The notes beneath the pieces were generated by a model. It did no database searches. It saw nothing but the letters and a program-made list of their open reading frames with translations, and had not been told where the DNA came from. Made by a program: the position numbers and the translations under genes. A stretch of 64,000 nucleotides of DNA from an uncultured Arcobacteraceae bacterium (GTDB lineage Bacteria > Campylobacterota > Campylobacteria > Campylobacterales > Arcobacteraceae): positions 96,001-160,000 of the forward strand of contig CAXHZO010000001.1 in the NCBI GenBank assembly GCA_964022095.1. The letters are read 5' to 3'. This document shows positions 36,710-46,708 of the stretch, one piece after another. Every line of letters begins with the position of its first letter. Within the stretch, counting starts at the first letter, position 1.

Positions 36710-38761
36710 ATGAAAACTGATTACTTTTCACTGAAATACAATAAAACAAGACAGGTTAGGATTCAAGTAGATGAAACTAAAAGAATTGAGAATTTAAGAC
36801 TATTTTTAAATGGTTCAGAATTTAGTTTTACAGGCAAAGCAGGAAAATATGTTGGATGTGGAGTAGATGCTGCACACAGTTTTATGGCTTGGATAAAAGA
36901 GGATATTCCAAGAAGTAAAATTAAAAATAAAATTGAAGTTACAAAATGGCCTAGTATGATTAAGTCTTTTACTGCACCAGCTTCTTTTGGACTTTGGAGT
37001 GGGAAAAATCAATACTTTACAACACCTGCTCAACTTTCTGTAGGATTAGAAAAACTAATAAAGAATAATCTTAAATCAAGAAGTGATGTTGAAAATAATG
37101 TTATTAGACATAACAAAGGAGATGACAGTTCTGTAATAGAAAAAATAAGACACCACTTAAGAAGAGCAATGCCTGTTATAGCTCTTGCATTTAAAGGAAA
37201 TCACTGGATTACAATAGTAGGGTTAAATTGTACATATGATAAAAATAACAATATTGATCCAAATAATACTACAGTTTCTTATATAGATTTAACTAAAGGC
37301 CGAACTCGTAACAACATAGCATATAAAGATCTAAAAATACTTGGTTGGAGTAGTTATTGGGGAAGACAATATGCATCAAGTTATGTATCAGGAACACTAA
37401 TTAGTTTAAAAAGTGATGATATTTTATATTCTGATTCATGGAGTAAAGGATGGAATGGAAAAATATATGAAGTGAATAATCAACAATATCTATTTTTATT
37501 AAAATATTCAAATGGTTTAGTTCATATTCATAAAACAAAAAAAGATGGTTCTATTGGAAAAAGAGTTAAAAAATACGATTGGTCAAAAGGGTGGAGTAAT
37601 TTCAATTTCTATACAGTTAAAAATAAAACTTACTTATTTTTAATGAAAGCAGGTGGAGGAGATGGATATACAAATGGTTTAGTTCACATTCATGAAATAA
37701 ACACTGATGGGACTGTTGGGAAAAAAGTTGAAGAACATGATTGGACTAAAGGTTGGAGAAAAATAGAGTTCTTTGAATATAAAAACAAAACATATATCAT
37801 ATTAAGTAAGGATGATGGATTAGTAAATATTAGAGAGATGAAAACAAATGGAGGAGTAGGAAAACTTATAATCAATACTAAGTCTTTCTTAAAAAACTCG
37901 AAAATTCCTTTCTTGTCTCCAGAGCTAAAAATAGTAAATACAGATGATGCAATTTATATTTATGGTATAAATCATACTGGTAAAAGAACTATTTATTCTC
38001 AATATAAATTCTATGAAAAGAACAATAAGTTTAAATTAGAAGAAATTGACACAAGAAACTGGTCAAAAGGTTGGTTTGATTTAGATATCTATCAAGAGTC
38101 AAAAGAGAAATCTTTCTTCTTAGTAAGTAAAGGCTTAAACAGAAACGGTATTATGCATATACATGAAATAAACAATTTAAAAAATGATGCAAAACTATCT
38201 AAGAAAATTGATGATAACTATTTTAGAAATACTTTTACAATGGGATTTATTCCTACTGAAAGATGGACTTCTATTCAGTACTTTAAAGCTAAAAATGGGA
38301 AACTAAAACTATTTTTACTAGATCAATTTAAAGGTAGAGTAAGAATTGTAAACATGAAAAAAGATGGAAGCTTTAACAAACAATTAGTAAAAGCTAATCC
38401 TTTAAAGTTTTATGAAATAAATATCGAAACATCTAATATAAAAAATGCGGGAACAAGTGCAGGAGTATATCTTGAATTTAAAGGAGATAATTTTACAAGT
38501 GGAAAAATAAAACTTGATACAATTTTAGATGACTTTGAAAAAGGAACTAGTTTTGTTCAAAATATACCCGTAAGTAAATATTTAGGGGATATAAAAGAAA
38601 TTACTTTAGAGCATGATAATACAAATAGTAAACCTGGCTGGCATGTAAAAGAGTTATCAATAAAAGAAGGTACCACTAAAAATGTATGGAACTTCAAAAT
38701 AAATAAATGGTTTGCAAAAACAACAGGAGATAAAAAGATAAAAAGAGTATTTAAAATATAA
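36710..38761 (+). CDS. Multidomain protein: C39-like cysteine peptidase, W-rich beta-propeller repeats, PLAT/LH2 domain
   Basis: GCG..A, NHWITIVG, YID triad; WSKGW repeats; IETSNIKNAGTSAGVYL..DDFEKG..LGDI..HDN..PGWHV..INKWF PLAT signature. Confidence 0.75.
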   Translation: MKTDYFSLKYNKTRQVRIQVDETKRIENLRLFLNGSEFSFTGKAGKYVGCGVDAAHSFMAWIKEDIPRSKIKNKIEVTKWPSMIKSFTAPASFGLWSGKNQYFTTPAQLSVGLEKLIKNNLKSRSDVENNVIRHNKGDDSSVIEKIRHHLRRAMPVIALAFKGNHWITIVGLNCTYDKNNNIDPNNTTVSYIDLTKGRTRNNIAYKDLKILGWSSYWGRQYASSYVSGTLISLKSDDILYSDSWSKGWNGKIYEVNNQQYLFLLKYSNGLVHIHKTKKDGSIGKRVKKYDWSKGWSNFNFYTVKNKTYLFLMKAGGGDGYTNGLVHIHEINTDGTVGKKVEEHDWTKGWRKIEFFEYKNKTYIILSKDDGLVNIREMKTNGGVGKLIINTKSFLKNSKIPFLSPELKIVNTDDAIYIYGINHTGKRTIYSQYKFYEKNNKFKLEEIDTRNWSKGWFDLDIYQESKEKSFFLVSKGLNRNGIMHIHEINNLKNDAKLSKKIDDNYFRNTFTMGFIPTERWTSIQYFKAKNGKLKLFLLDQFKGRVRIVNMKKDGSFNKQLVKANPLKFYEINIETSNIKNAGTSAGVYLEFKGDNFTSGKIKLDTILDDFEKGTSFVQNIPVSKYLGDIKEITLEHDNTNSKPGWHVKELSIKEGTTKNVWNFKINKWFAKTTGDKKIKRVFKI

Positions 38762-38783
38762 ACTACCTTTTGGTAGTTTATAT
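38756..38783. terminator. Bidirectional hairpin between convergent genes
   Basis: atataaactacc-tttt-ggtagtttatat. Confidence 0.7.
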
Positions 38784-38785
38784 CT

Positions 38786-39580
38786 CTATTTTCTTAATAA
38801 CTTTGTAATAGTTAAGATAGCAACCGCAACGACAATAATACTAGCCCCAGAACTAATATCATAATAATATGAAACCACTAATCCCAAAAGAGTAAAAAGT
38901 GTAGCTAAACCTGAACTAATCATCATCATTTTTGATAGTTTATTTGAAAATGTTTCTGCTAAATATGTTGGTATTGTTAAAAGTGCAATTACAAGTATAA
39001 GTCCAACTGCTTTTATAGCAGCAACAACACAAAGCCCTGCTAGGATTAGAATAAGGGTATAAAAGAACTTAACATTTATACCTCTTAAACTAGCAAACTC
39101 ACTATCATATGATACAGCTAAGATTTGTTTGTAAAAAAGTGAAACTATGCTAATAATAAACAAATCTAAAAACATAAGATACTTAATATCATCAGAAGAT
39201 ATAGCAATAATACTTCCAAAAAGATATGACATCAAATCAACATTATATCCAGGTGTTAAATCCACAAATATAATACCAATAGCCATACCACTAGCCCACA
39301 TCATACCAATAACTGAGTCTATTCTCTTTTTATCTTTCATTGTAAGAATTGCAATAATTATTGCAGTAATCACTGCAAAAATGGTAGCTCCAAAAAGGAC
39401 TGGAATACCTAAATAAATAGCAATACCAATACCACCATATGAACTATGTGCAATTCCACCTGTTAAAAATGTAATTTTGTTTACTACAACTAAACTTCCT
39501 ATAATACCAGCGGCAATTGAGATTAATATTCCTGCTATTATTGCATTTTGAATAAAATCATATTGTAAAGCTTCTAACAT
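38786..39580 (-). CDS. znuB: Zn/Mn ABC transporter permease
   Basis: GIAHSSYGG, LMSYLFGSI, AVGLILVIALLTIP. Confidence 0.88.
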   Translation of the reverse strand: MLEALQYDFIQNAIIAGILISIAAGIIGSLVVVNKITFLTGGIAHSSYGGIGIAIYLGIPVLFGATIFAVITAIIIAILTMKDKKRIDSVIGMMWASGMAIGIIFVDLTPGYNVDLMSYLFGSIIAISSDDIKYLMFLDLFIISIVSLFYKQILAVSYDSEFASLRGINVKFFYTLILILAGLCVVAAIKAVGLILVIALLTIPTYLAETFSNKLSKMMMISSGLATLFTLLGLVVSYYYDISSGASIIVVAVAILTITKLLRK

Positions 39581-39592
39581 CTATTTTTATCC

Positions 39593-40339
39593 TTAATGCT
39601 TATGATCACAACAAACTTGTGTTTTACCAAGGGCTGCTAAAAGTTCAACTTCACAAAGATGTTCATCATTTGTTTGAACTTCGTTTGTTACTTGATCAAG
39701 TTTGTGATATACAAGATTTTTATTTACATGCGCCACATTTTTTGCATAGTTTAAAAGCACTGAAATATCATGACTAACTACTACTATGCAAATAGATTTA
39801 TTTAGCTCTTTTAGTAACTCATAAATCTCTTTTTGACCCTTTACATCAATGCTAGCTGTTGGTTCATCCAAAAGCATTATTTGAGGTGTTGAACAAAGTG
39901 CACGTGCTATAAATACTCTTTGTCTTTGCCCTCCGCTTAGGTCTCCAATTTTACTATTTGCAAACTCATCCATACTAACTTGTCTAAGAGAACTCATAGC
40001 ACAAGAAATATCATGTTTTGAGTATCCAAAAAGTCTTTTTTGTTTTGAGACATGTCCCATAAGAACTACTTCAAGTGCAGTTATTGGAAAGTCTGTATTT
40101 AAATTTGTATTTTGAGGGACATAGCCTATTTTGTCATTTTTTATATTTTTTTCCATTTTTCCATTTTGAGGTTTCAACAAACCCAAAATCAATTTTAATA
40201 AAGTTGATTTGCCACCACCATTTGGTCCAATGATTGCTAGGAAGTCATCACTTTGAATAGCTAAATCTATATCTTCTAAAACATTTATTTTATTATATTT
40301 ATATGAAAGATTTTTTATATCTAATATTTTCAATTTCAC
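39593..40339 (-). CDS. znuC: Zn/Mn ABC transporter ATP-binding protein
   Basis: GPNGGGKST, GYVPQ, LSGGQRQR, LDEPT; His/Cys-rich tail. Confidence 0.88.
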   Translation of the reverse strand: MKLKILDIKNLSYKYNKINVLEDIDLAIQSDDFLAIIGPNGGGKSTLLKLILGLLKPQNGKMEKNIKNDKIGYVPQNTNLNTDFPITALEVVLMGHVSKQKRLFGYSKHDISCAMSSLRQVSMDEFANSKIGDLSGGQRQRVFIARALCSTPQIMLLDEPTASIDVKGQKEIYELLKELNKSICIVVVSHDISVLLNYAKNVAHVNKNLVYHKLDQVTNEVQTNDEHLCEVELLAALGKTQVCCDHKH

Positions 40340-40360
40340 CTCTTTATATTTGCATTTTCA

Positions 40361-40375
40361 TGCAACAAAGTTGCA
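40361..40375. promoter_or_regulatory. Palindrome upstream of znuCB, candidate metalloregulator operator
   Basis: tgcaac-aaa-gttgca about 22 bp upstream of the start codon. Confidence 0.5.
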
Positions 40376-40400
40376 ATACTATCTAAATATTAAAATAAAA

Positions 40401-41144
40401 TCAAATCTTATCTCTTAAGTATGCCCATAAAATTCCTAAATACTCATGGATTGCAACTTCTACTTTTCGTAAGTTTTGTGCGCTAAATATTTCTTGGTAG
40501 CTTTTATCTTCATATGCAAGATTTTGAGTGGGAGCAGCTATTGGTTTTAAACCTTCTTTTTTAAATAGCAGCATTGACCTTTTCATATGAGAAGCACTTG
40601 TAACTAAAATAAATGGCTTGCTTTGAACTATATTTTTAGATTGTACTGCTTCAGCATGAGTATCATTTGGAGTATCCATTCTTAATATGTCTTCTTTTTT
40701 AACTCCTAAAGTTATAGCTAACTTTTCTTGCATAAGAGCATGGGGATTTTTATCAAATCCACTATATCCTGAAACTATCAATTTTGCATTTTGTAGATTT
40801 TTGTAGTGTTTTATTGCTTCAATCATTCTATTTACTGCTGTACTTTTTAATTGAGAAGTAATACTTTGATTTTCATCACTTTTATGAGCATGTCCTAAAA
40901 CTAATATATAATTTACTTTTGGTGTTTGTAAAAGTGCTTTGTGAGCATTTTCAAGGGGAAATAAAATAGCATTTGAAACTGTTTGATTTGATAATAAAGC
41001 AAACCAAAGAAGAGATAAAAATCCAAAAACTTTTGCTTTTTTATATGAATTCATCAATAAAAAAATAAAAGCTAAAAATAGTAAAAAAAGACCAATTGGA
41101 ACTGGCAATAAAAATGCTGAAACAAATTTCTTAAGTAAAAACAT
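40401..41144 (-). CDS. ElyC/YdcF (DUF218) family protein
   Basis: ILVLG, IVSG, DTHAEA, LVTSASHMKRS, IHEYLG. Confidence 0.88.
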   Translation of the reverse strand: MFLLKKFVSAFLLPVPIGLFLLFLAFIFLLMNSYKKAKVFGFLSLLWFALLSNQTVSNAILFPLENAHKALLQTPKVNYILVLGHAHKSDENQSITSQLKSTAVNRMIEAIKHYKNLQNAKLIVSGYSGFDKNPHALMQEKLAITLGVKKEDILRMDTPNDTHAEAVQSKNIVQSKPFILVTSASHMKRSMLLFKKEGLKPIAAPTQNLAYEDKSYQEIFSAQNLRKVEVAIHEYLGILWAYLRDKI

Positions 41145-41945
41145 CTATCTTCCTATTAAAGCAGAAGTATATCCAACTACCCTACTTTTGTCTTTTGTCA
41201 CATCTGCGCTTGTACAGTAGTGAAGTAGTTTTGAATCATAGTTATTTTTATTTGCCCAATTTATTATTGCTTTTATACCTATTTTTCCACAAGCTTCACA
41301 AGAAGAAAAAAGATTTAAATCTTTTTTTTCAATAGCACTTAAGCAAACTTCATCTAAACTATTTGCTACTTTTTGTGTGTAAAAATGACTTAAATCAGTA
41401 CTAATGATAACTAAAGTTTCATCAGCACTTAATACCTCATCAATAATTCTAGAAATATCTTTATAATCAATTTCCCCATAAACTATTTCGACTAAATTTG
41501 CATTACCAAAATAGTGTTTTATAAACGGTGCTTGAGTTTCAGTAGAGTGTTCAAATTCACACTCAATATCAAAATTCAAAAAATCATATTTATCTATTAA
41601 GTTTTGTGAAAATTCTTTATCTATTTTAATATTTCCAAGTGGTGTTTCATATTCATCATATAGTGCTACACTTGCACCTTTTAGATAAGTTTTGTGAGAT
41701 GGCCCAATTACTACAACTTTTTTATAGTTTTGCTTTTTTGCTTTTTTATATGCTAAATTTGCAGTATATCCACTATAGATATATCCAGCGTGAGGAACAA
41801 TAATTGCTCTAATATTTTCAAAAGTTTCACTATTATCTTCAAGGTTATTAAAGTGATTAATATATTTTAAAATCTCTTTAGAACTATTAGGATAAAAACT
41901 TCCACTAACTACAGATTTTCTAATACTCATAAAAAGCTCCATCAA
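41145..41945 (-). CDS. amrB: AmmeMemoRadiSam system protein B (MEMO1 family)
   Basis: GSFYP, VPHAGYIYSG, GPSH, EHSTETQ, STDLSHF, VVGY. Confidence 0.92.
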   Translation of the reverse strand: MMELFMSIRKSVVSGSFYPNSSKEILKYINHFNNLEDNSETFENIRAIIVPHAGYIYSGYTANLAYKKAKKQNYKKVVVIGPSHKTYLKGASVALYDEYETPLGNIKIDKEFSQNLIDKYDFLNFDIECEFEHSTETQAPFIKHYFGNANLVEIVYGEIDYKDISRIIDEVLSADETLVIISTDLSHFYTQKVANSLDEVCLSAIEKKDLNLFSSCEACGKIGIKAIINWANKNNYDSKLLHYCTSADVTKDKSRVVGYTSALIGR

Positions 41946-42484
41946 ACTTTCTTTACTTCATAAGTAAAAACTTTTGGATGATAATCAAAACAGCTATTTT
42001 CAAAACTTCCTTTGTAAATTAATTGGGAGAAGAACTCTTCAAAAGTAGGAAGTTGTTCCCAAACTTGAGGTAAGAAAGTACTTTTCCTTCCATCATGTTG
42101 TAAAATCACACCATGTATATTTGGCTTAATTTTTGATTTTAAATCATTTACATCTATATACTCTACTTCTATTGGAGTTGTTAATATTGATATTTGAATA
42201 TCAACTTTTTCAAATTCTTCTAAAGTTAGTTCTAAAAACCGTGGATCTTCAAATGCAGCTGCATAGGCATTTGAGATTAAATCATCTATTAAACTTCTAT
42301 AAGCTTGAAGTGAACCAATACAACCTCTTAACTTACCATCTAAATTTAAAGTTACAAAAGTTGCAGCGTCGTTTTGAAGTTGTGGAAAATCATTTATAAG
42401 TTTTTCTTTGTTTATTTCAACACTTGTATCAAACTTTCTTTTTATAGATTTTTTTACAATATCTAGTAAAACTTGATTATCCAT
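41942..42484 (-). CDS. amrA: AmmeMemoRadiSam system protein A (AMMECR1 family)
   Basis: ATFVTL, LRGCIG, AAFEDPRF, TFLPQVWE. Confidence 0.93.
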   Translation of the reverse strand: MDNQVLLDIVKKSIKRKFDTSVEINKEKLINDFPQLQNDAATFVTLNLDGKLRGCIGSLQAYRSLIDDLISNAYAAAFEDPRFLELTLEEFEKVDIQISILTTPIEVEYIDVNDLKSKIKPNIHGVILQHDGRKSTFLPQVWEQLPTFEEFFSQLIYKGSFENSCFDYHPKVFTYEVKKV

Positions 42485-42496
42485 TTTAACTCCTAT

Positions 42497-43435
42497 TTAT
42501 GCTTTAATTATATCCTTAATTGCTTCAATGAAATTATCACTATCATTTACACATCTACATACTTTAAATTCACTAATACCAATCTCTTCAGCTATTTCTC
42601 TATACTCAATATCAAGTTCAAAATCAGTCTCTGAATTATCTACAATAAATGCAATTGGATAAATAACTACTTTTTGGTCTTTAAAGTTTGTTAACATAGT
42701 ATCAAGAGAAGGTTCTAACCATTTCATTGGACCTACTTTTGATTGGTATGCTAAATTTACTGATTTAAATTTAGAGCCTTTGAATTTCAATCTTTCTCTT
42801 AACATAATTACATGCTCTTTCATTTGCTCTTCATAAGGGTCACCTTTATCAACAATTTTTTGAGGAAGACCATGAGCTGAGAAGATTAAGTTATATTCAG
42901 TTGAATCATCAACTGTATTTATAATCTCATCAACAATACAATCATTAAATTTATCATTTTTATAAAACTCTTCAAAATAAGTAACTTTGAAATTATCTTC
43001 ATAAGGAAGCCAACCTAAGAAATCTTGAACTGAAGATTTTGTAGTTGTAGTTGAATATTGAGGATATAAAGGAAGTAAAACAATCTCTTTTATTCCATCT
43101 GCTTTTATTTGCTCTATTGTTTCATTTGCAAAAGGAGGAGTATATCTCATAGCTTGATATGTTTTATAACCTTCTATTTTCTCATTACATTTTTCAACTA
43201 ACTTTTCAGTTAATGGATTAATAGGAGATGCATTTCCAATTTCTTCATAATTTTTCCATGCTTCATCTAATCTTCTTGATACAATAAATTTTGCAATTAA
43301 ACTTCTAATACAATCAATATTTATTGTTAATATATTTTCATCATTAAACATGTTTGTTAAAAACATTTCTAATTCGTCTTTATTTCTAGCCCCACCCATA
43401 TTAAGTAGAACTAATGCTTTTTTATTTTCACTCAT
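42497..43435 (-). CDS. hemH: Ferrochelatase
   Basis: LLNMGG, LYPQYSTTT, FSAHGLP, YQSKVGPMKWLEP, DNSETDFEL. Confidence 0.96.
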   Translation of the reverse strand: MSENKKALVLLNMGGARNKDELEMFLTNMFNDENILTINIDCIRSLIAKFIVSRRLDEAWKNYEEIGNASPINPLTEKLVEKCNEKIEGYKTYQAMRYTPPFANETIEQIKADGIKEIVLLPLYPQYSTTTTKSSVQDFLGWLPYEDNFKVTYFEEFYKNDKFNDCIVDEIINTVDDSTEYNLIFSAHGLPQKIVDKGDPYEEQMKEHVIMLRERLKFKGSKFKSVNLAYQSKVGPMKWLEPSLDTMLTNFKDQKVVIYPIAFIVDNSETDFELDIEYREIAEEIGISEFKVCRCVNDSDNFIEAIKDIIKA

Positions 43436-44024
43436 TTTCTTCTAGCCTTATAATTTTGTCACTACACCATTTAGCCATATCAATATCATGTGTGATTAAT
43501 AAAATCGCACAATCTTCAAGCAGTGTTACTAGTAACTTCATCACATCATAAGCAATAATATTATCAAGTGCTGAAGTTGGTTCATCTACTAAAAGAAGTT
43601 TTGGTTTCATCAAAAGTGCTCTTAGAATTGAACATCTCTGAAGTTGACCACCACTTAATTCATATGGTTTTTTGTATAGTAATTCTTTGTCTAATGTAAG
43701 TTTTTCAAGTAGATTTTCTAACTCTTTTGCAAAATCATATTTAACAACATCATTTATTTGTTCAATAATTGAATATGTTGGATGAAAAGAGTTATATGGA
43801 TCTTGGAATATTAAACTAATATTATCTTTTTGGATTGTTCCTTTTATTGGTTTTAGTGTTCCAATAATCAGTTCAAAAAGTGTAGTTTTACCACTACCAC
43901 TTTTCCCAAATATAGTTACAAGTTCACCTTCATGCAAATTTAAATTAAAATTTTCATAGATAGGTTTATCTTTTTTATAAAAAAATGTTAAGTCTTCAAT
44001 CTTTAAAACTATATTCTCATCCAA
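43428..44024 (-). CDS. ABC transporter ATP-binding protein (dipeptide/nickel-type)
   Basis: GKSGSGKT, FQDPY, LSGGQLQR, DEPTSALD. Confidence 0.9.
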   Translation of the reverse strand: MDENIVLKIEDLTFFYKKDKPIYENFNLNLHEGELVTIFGKSGSGKTTLFELIIGTLKPIKGTIQKDNISLIFQDPYNSFHPTYSIIEQINDVVKYDFAKELENLLEKLTLDKELLYKKPYELSGGQLQRCSILRALLMKPKLLLVDEPTSALDNIIAYDVMKLLVTLLEDCAILLITHDIDMAKWCSDKIIRLEENE

Positions 44025-44127
44025 ATCTTTACCTTTTAAATTAAAAAGATAGTGTATAAAAATCTTACTTTAATTTTGTAAAAAGCTATTTTATATATGT
44101 GCATATTTTAGTTATTTATATGATTTT

Positions 44128-46002
44128 ATGTATAATAAAACTCAAGGATGTGAAATGTCTTTTATCATAAAAATAATATTTACATTATTTATATTAAACT
44201 CTTGTCTATATTCAAAAGATAACAGTAAAAATATTTTAATAATTACAAGTTATCATACTTCATTACCTTGGGATATTAAATATACAGAGGGTATATTTAA
44301 TGTAAAAAAAGAGAATACGAAGCTTAATATTTACAAAGAAAATTTAGATTCAATCTTATTTAATGAATTTTCTAATAAAAACTTTTACAACTATATAAAA
44401 ACTAAATATAATTCAATTAAAATTGATGGAATTATAACTGAGTCAGACCCTGCATATAATTTCGTAAATAAATATGGGAAAGAGCTTTTTGAGGATATTC
44501 CATATGTTTATTATACAACCAACAAAAAAAGCACTCACTTTTCAAAAAGTAAAAACATTACAAATACTCCAAACATATATAATACTTTAAAAATCGCTTT
44601 TGAACAAAACCCCAACACAAATAATGTAATAGTAATTGATCAAGAAAAACAAAAAGATTTAATAAAAACAATTCAAAGTTTTAAAAAAGACATCAATGTT
44701 AGAGATTTAAGTAGTTTTAGTATAGAAGAAATCATTAATATATGCTCAAGTGTAGAGAATAATACTTTCATATTTTATACTGTATATTTTACAGACCCTT
44801 TAGGGAAAATCTACAAACCATTAAATGTATTGAAAAATATATCTCAAAATCTTAATATACCTATTTATTCAATTTATTCTCCTTATATTAATAATGGAAT
44901 AGTAGGAGGAGATCTTCTGTATAGTTCATCATTATCAAAAGAATCAATTTATATAATTGATAACCTAATTAATAAAAAACTCATTTCATACAATGTGTCA
45001 AACACTATACTAGATAATAAACTTATGAAAAAATACAACCTAAAAATACCAAATATTAACAACATGAAAATAATTAATATAAAAAAAGAGAATGACATAT
45101 TATTAAAATACAAAAAAGAGATTATTTTTACTGGAATTATTTTTGTAATATTAGTATTACTTTTAATTTTTACACTATATTTAAACTACTCAAGAAAGAA
45201 ACTAATTAATCAATTAAAATCTCAAAATCAAGCAATTATAAATGAAAAGAAAGCTAAATATAAAACAGAAAAAATATTAATTCAACAAAGTAAAATGGCA
45301 GCACTTGGGGACATGCTACAAAATATTGCCCATCAGTGGAGACAACCCTTAAGTATAATTTCAACATCAGCAAGTGGAATAAAATTAAATAGACAGTATG
45401 ACATTCAAGATAAGGAACAAGAAATATACTCTTTAGATAAAATTCTTGAAAGTACAAAATATCTATCTAATACAATAGATGTATTTAGAAACTTTTTTAA
45501 ACCTTCGAATGTAAAAGAATTTTTTAAAATTGCGAAAAGTGTTGATGAAGCAATATTTCTTTCTAATATTGAGTCAAACAGCTATTACAATATACAAATT
45601 GAAAAAAATTACCAAGATATAGAAGTAAACTCATACAAAAATGAATTCATACAAGTTATACTTAATATTATAAATAATTCAAAAGATGCTTTACTTCAAA
45701 ATATTCAGGATAAAGAGAAAAGATTAATTTTAGTTTCAGTCACTCAACAACAAAATAATATATTAATATCAATAAAAGACAATGCAAAAGGTGTACCAGA
45801 AGCTATTATTGATAAAATATTTCAACCATACTTTACAACAAAACATCAAAGCAAAGGTACAGGAATTGGGCTATTTATGTCAAATGAGATAGTTACAAAA
45901 CATATGAAAGGTAAACTAGAAGTTAAAAACTCTAAATATAGTTTTAATAAAAATGACTATTATGGGGCTGAATTTATAATATATTTACCAATAAAATTAT
46001 AA
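44128..46002 (+). CDS. Sensor histidine kinase with periplasmic binding-protein-like input domain (start may be 44155)
   Basis: TM helix, NIAHQWRQPLS, NNSKDA, DNAKG, GTGIGLFM. Confidence 0.9.
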   Translation: MYNKTQGCEMSFIIKIIFTLFILNSCLYSKDNSKNILIITSYHTSLPWDIKYTEGIFNVKKENTKLNIYKENLDSILFNEFSNKNFYNYIKTKYNSIKIDGIITESDPAYNFVNKYGKELFEDIPYVYYTTNKKSTHFSKSKNITNTPNIYNTLKIAFEQNPNTNNVIVIDQEKQKDLIKTIQSFKKDINVRDLSSFSIEEIINICSSVENNTFIFYTVYFTDPLGKIYKPLNVLKNISQNLNIPIYSIYSPYINNGIVGGDLLYSSSLSKESIYIIDNLINKKLISYNVSNTILDNKLMKKYNLKIPNINNMKIINIKKENDILLKYKKEIIFTGIIFVILVLLLIFTLYLNYSRKKLINQLKSQNQAIINEKKAKYKTEKILIQQSKMAALGDMLQNIAHQWRQPLSIISTSASGIKLNRQYDIQDKEQEIYSLDKILESTKYLSNTIDVFRNFFKPSNVKEFFKIAKSVDEAIFLSNIESNSYYNIQIEKNYQDIEVNSYKNEFIQVILNIINNSKDALLQNIQDKEKRLILVSVTQQQNNILISIKDNAKGVPEAIIDKIFQPYFTTKHQSKGTGIGLFMSNEIVTKHMKGKLEVKNSKYSFNKNDYYGAEFIIYLPIKL

Positions 46003-46125
46003 ATATTTCACAATTAATACACAATATCATAACATACTTATAAAAGCGTTAAACTTAATATAAATATTAAGCTAAGCAAAAGAAAAAATAGCTAAAATAT
46101 TTTTTCAACAAATAAGGAGAATTAA

Positions 46126-46413
46126 ATGAAAAAACTTGTATTAACTACAGTTATCGCTGCATCATGTGCTTTCGCTGCTCCTGCAGCATATAACACTTGT
46201 AAAGGTTGTCATGGAGCTAAGGGTGAATTAAACACTACAACTCAAAATAAAAGTGCTATTCCTGCAAACTTAACTAAAGCAGAAGTTGAGAATGCATTAA
46301 AAGGTTACAAAGCTGGTACTTATGGTGGAGCTATGAAAATGATTATGAAAGGTCAAGTTGCTAGATTAACTGACGCTCAAATTAAAGAATTAGCTGAGTA
46401 CATCGGTAAATAG
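46126..46413 (+). CDS. Cytochrome c553-like monoheme cytochrome
   Basis: Signal peptide, CKGCH, YGGAMKMIMKGQ. Confidence 0.92.
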   Translation: MKKLVLTTVIAASCAFAAPAAYNTCKGCHGAKGELNTTTQNKSAIPANLTKAEVENALKGYKAGTYGGAMKMIMKGQVARLTDAQIKELAEYIGK

Positions 46414-46434
46414 TAAATATTTATTGTATACTTT

Positions 46435-46470
46435 AAAAGCTTGGAGTTTGTCACTCTAAGCTTTTTTTTT
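46435..46470 (+). terminator. Intrinsic terminator of the cytochrome c gene, overlapping the ccoS 3' end
   Basis: aaaagcttggagt-ttgtc-actctaagctttt plus T-run. Confidence 0.75.
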
Positions 46471-46698
46471 GTCCTGATTTTCAGACTCCTTAGTTTTCTG
46501 CTCTTTTGCATCTTTTAGTTTTTTTTCTTTATTAATTGCATCATTTAAATCTTCAACACTATCAAATAATAATCCATCAACCATTTTATTTGAATCATCA
46601 AACTGACCAGTTTTTGCACCCCAAACAAAAAGTAGTAAAAGAGCTGCTGTAATTATAAGCCCAACAATTAACATCAAAAACAAAGTATCATCAATCAT
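46456..46698 (-). CDS. ccoS: cbb3-type cytochrome oxidase assembly protein CcoS
   Basis: TM helix followed by WGAKTGQFDD. Confidence 0.92.
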   Translation of the reverse strand: MIDDTLFLMLIVGLIITAALLLLFVWGAKTGQFDDSNKMVDGLLFDSVEDLNDAINKEKKLKDAKEQKTKESENQDKKKA

Positions 46699-46708
46699 AT
46701 ATATTTTC

